Below are positions 62,382 to 64,000 of a DNA stretch of 64,000 nt, in pieces. A program made the position numbers and the translations under genes. The notes below the pieces were generated by a model. That model saw nothing but the letters and a program-made list of their open reading frames with translations, searched no databases and was not told the origin of the DNA. The stretch lies in contig ONHF01000015.1 of assembly GCA_900317555.1 (NCBI GenBank), positions 6,090-70,089 on the forward strand, in the 5' to 3' direction. This DNA comes from an uncultured Lachnospiraceae bacterium. Lineage in GTDB: Bacteria > Bacillota > Clostridia > Lachnospirales > Lachnospiraceae. Each line of letters opens with the position of its first letter. Positions within the stretch are counted from its first letter, which is position 1.

Positions 62382-63792
62382 AAACTCCGAAAAGCTTTTA
62401 TTGATCTGCTGCCTCTCGCGCAGTGCTCTGCGTGCCTTTGCTGCCACAGGTCCTTACGCGCTATGATCATCCGCTCATTGTACCGCGCGCGCATCTTGTC
62501 ACGCATGTCCGCTGTTTCGCCATCGAATACAGACTGTTGCACCGGCCGGGCCGTATCTGCCGCCGAAATATGGATGCTTCCAAGGGCTTCCTCGCCCTCT
62601 TTGAGCACATCTTCTCCGCGGATACCGTTCCCTTTAAGACCGCCAGACGGTGCGTCAAGGTCGTCATCGAACACCGCATCAAGATCATCATCGATATTGA
62701 GCGAATAGCGGATCTTCTGATCAATCCTGCTTTGCATTGACTTCATTGCTTTCTTGCACTACACTATTTGCAGATAAATCTCTCATGGGGCGTAAAGCTG
62801 GCTTCCTAGTCGGTGAGGCAGAAGGATTTTCCGAAGTAGCCGCACCCCATGATGAGATTTTTTTAGATTCTTTATATCATAAACATAATCTTGATTGTCT
62901 TCGCTATTCAGCGCTATTTGCAGCTCCGATCGGAATATCTGATACTCGTTTCTGAACTTTACAGCAATATCTGTGTCATAATAATTCCATCCTCTTCCAG
63001 CGAATACACCGTGCTTTCCGTTTAGATCGGATTTATGTCTTAATCCCATTGCATTTTCAATAAGGTCAGGGACATCAGTAGACATATTCATCTTGACCGT
63101 TTTGTCAACTGCTGGTGCATATTTCGTGAATCCGTTGTGTGTGTATTTTCTAAGGAACGTGATACATGAACTTTTTCGCCGGTTTCTTTGATGATAAATA
63201 CTCGGCCTTTTAATCCATTCATCTGATCAGCAACTAATTCACGAACAATGTATTCTGCATTCTTTATATCGCTAACAGAGAAAATTTTGTCCGCCACTGG
63301 GATAATCCGGCCATCATCCGATATAAACTCATTATTCTTCGCATCGTACGTATAGGATTTATGTTCCAAAACATAATCGCCGACTGAATATGCTACAGAA
63401 CTCTTCGCGTTCTCATCCAGCGTCGCATTCTGCGCATTTTCGATTGCCACATCAAGCTCGTCGAGAATCATCTTCCGGACCTTCGACGCACGCTTCTCCG
63501 CCATCGCCGCAACATCTTCCGCCGCGTTGTACGCCTGCAGCACTTCACCTACGCCTTCGTGGAAGACTGTGCTGTAGAGCGCAGACTCGTTGTTCGCGTT
63601 CAATACGATCCGCTGCATTGCGCTGTCGTACATGCCGTTGATATTGTCGTCAATGTCATCCGCGACAACGATGTCTGTCTTAGTGGCTTTGGATTTTGCT
63701 TCTTTCTCGCCCAGCCCGTCATGCATATAACCACGGACATTCTGGTTGTATTCAGACATTCCGCACGCTTCTCTAACTTTGTTCTTAAGCAA
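62378..63792 (-). pseudogene. Fragmented phage/MGE large polyvalent-protein-like gene (metallopeptidase-like segment, LPD3/PBECR-like nuclease segment, RYSL linker)
   Basis: Three consecutive ORFs; NGMYD..IVLN..FHEG; a frameshift near 63150 joins ETGEKVHV to KYTHNGFTK..KMNMSTDVPDLIENA..KHG..GWNYYD..YVYDIKNLKK; then KIRYSL. Confidence 0.6.
62737..62864 (+). ncRNA. Candidate antisense small RNA transcription unit (promoter, ~90-nt structured RNA, U-tract)
   Basis: TTGACT(62737)-17 bp-TACACT(62760); stem AAATCTCTCATGGGG / CCCCATGATGAGATTT; T7 at 62858-62864. Confidence 0.45.
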
Positions 63793-63810
63793 AATTTAAA
63801 GTAAAAATCA

Positions 63811-64000
63811 CTACCCTCTTGCAGCAGGACGATAATCCATATACATGAAACCCGCAGCCATTAATAAATTGAATATAAAGAAAATCAGGGCGTTTGTCAG
63901 GAAAGATGAAATGATGTACGGATACAGGTCGGACCTTTTTCCTGAATTCGGAGGTGTTACATTGCCTATGATGTTTACAGCAAATATTGCCGGGAAAACT
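63811..64000 (-). CDS. 3' end of a hypothetical membrane protein (partial)
   Basis: Open frame ...VFPAIFAVNIIG..YIISSFLTNALIFFIFNLLMAAGFMYMDYRPAARG*. Confidence 0.55.
   Translation of the reverse strand, partial: VFPAIFAVNIIGNVTPPNSGKRSDLYPYIISSFLTNALIFFIFNLLMAAGFMYMDYRPAARG

Overview
Core-genome window from a GC-moderate Lachnospiraceae-like (Clostridia) chromosome, mostly on the minus strand. It holds the S10-spc-alpha ribosomal cluster (rpsJ to partial rplQ), rpsL-rpsG-fusA-tuf, rpoBC, rpmG-secE-nusG-rplKAJL, niaR with a NiaY-like transporter, a deoC/beta-galactosidase operon, tRNA-Trp, gntR-clpC-radA, purEMND, pyrFE, and a decayed phage-type gene at the right end. No CRISPR array, rRNA or intact IS/prophage is visible. 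Main leads: (1) a transposase N-terminal domain fused in frame to a complete LacZ-type beta-galactosidase; (2) a frameshifted polyvalent-protein remnant carrying an antisense promoter, structured ~90-nt RNA and U-tract directly after a nuclease-like domain; (3) a SARP/BTAD regulator with a degenerate GGDEF domain that keeps the RxxD I-site, with an internally duplicated partner gene and a divergent Cro/C1 HTH gene, inserted between tuf and rpsJ; (4) an unannotated small alarmone synthetase pseudogene; (5) a GntR gene with a 20-bp perfect palindrome where ctsR-mcsAB usually sits ahead of clpC-radA. All family assignments come from motif recognition by eye, not database searches.
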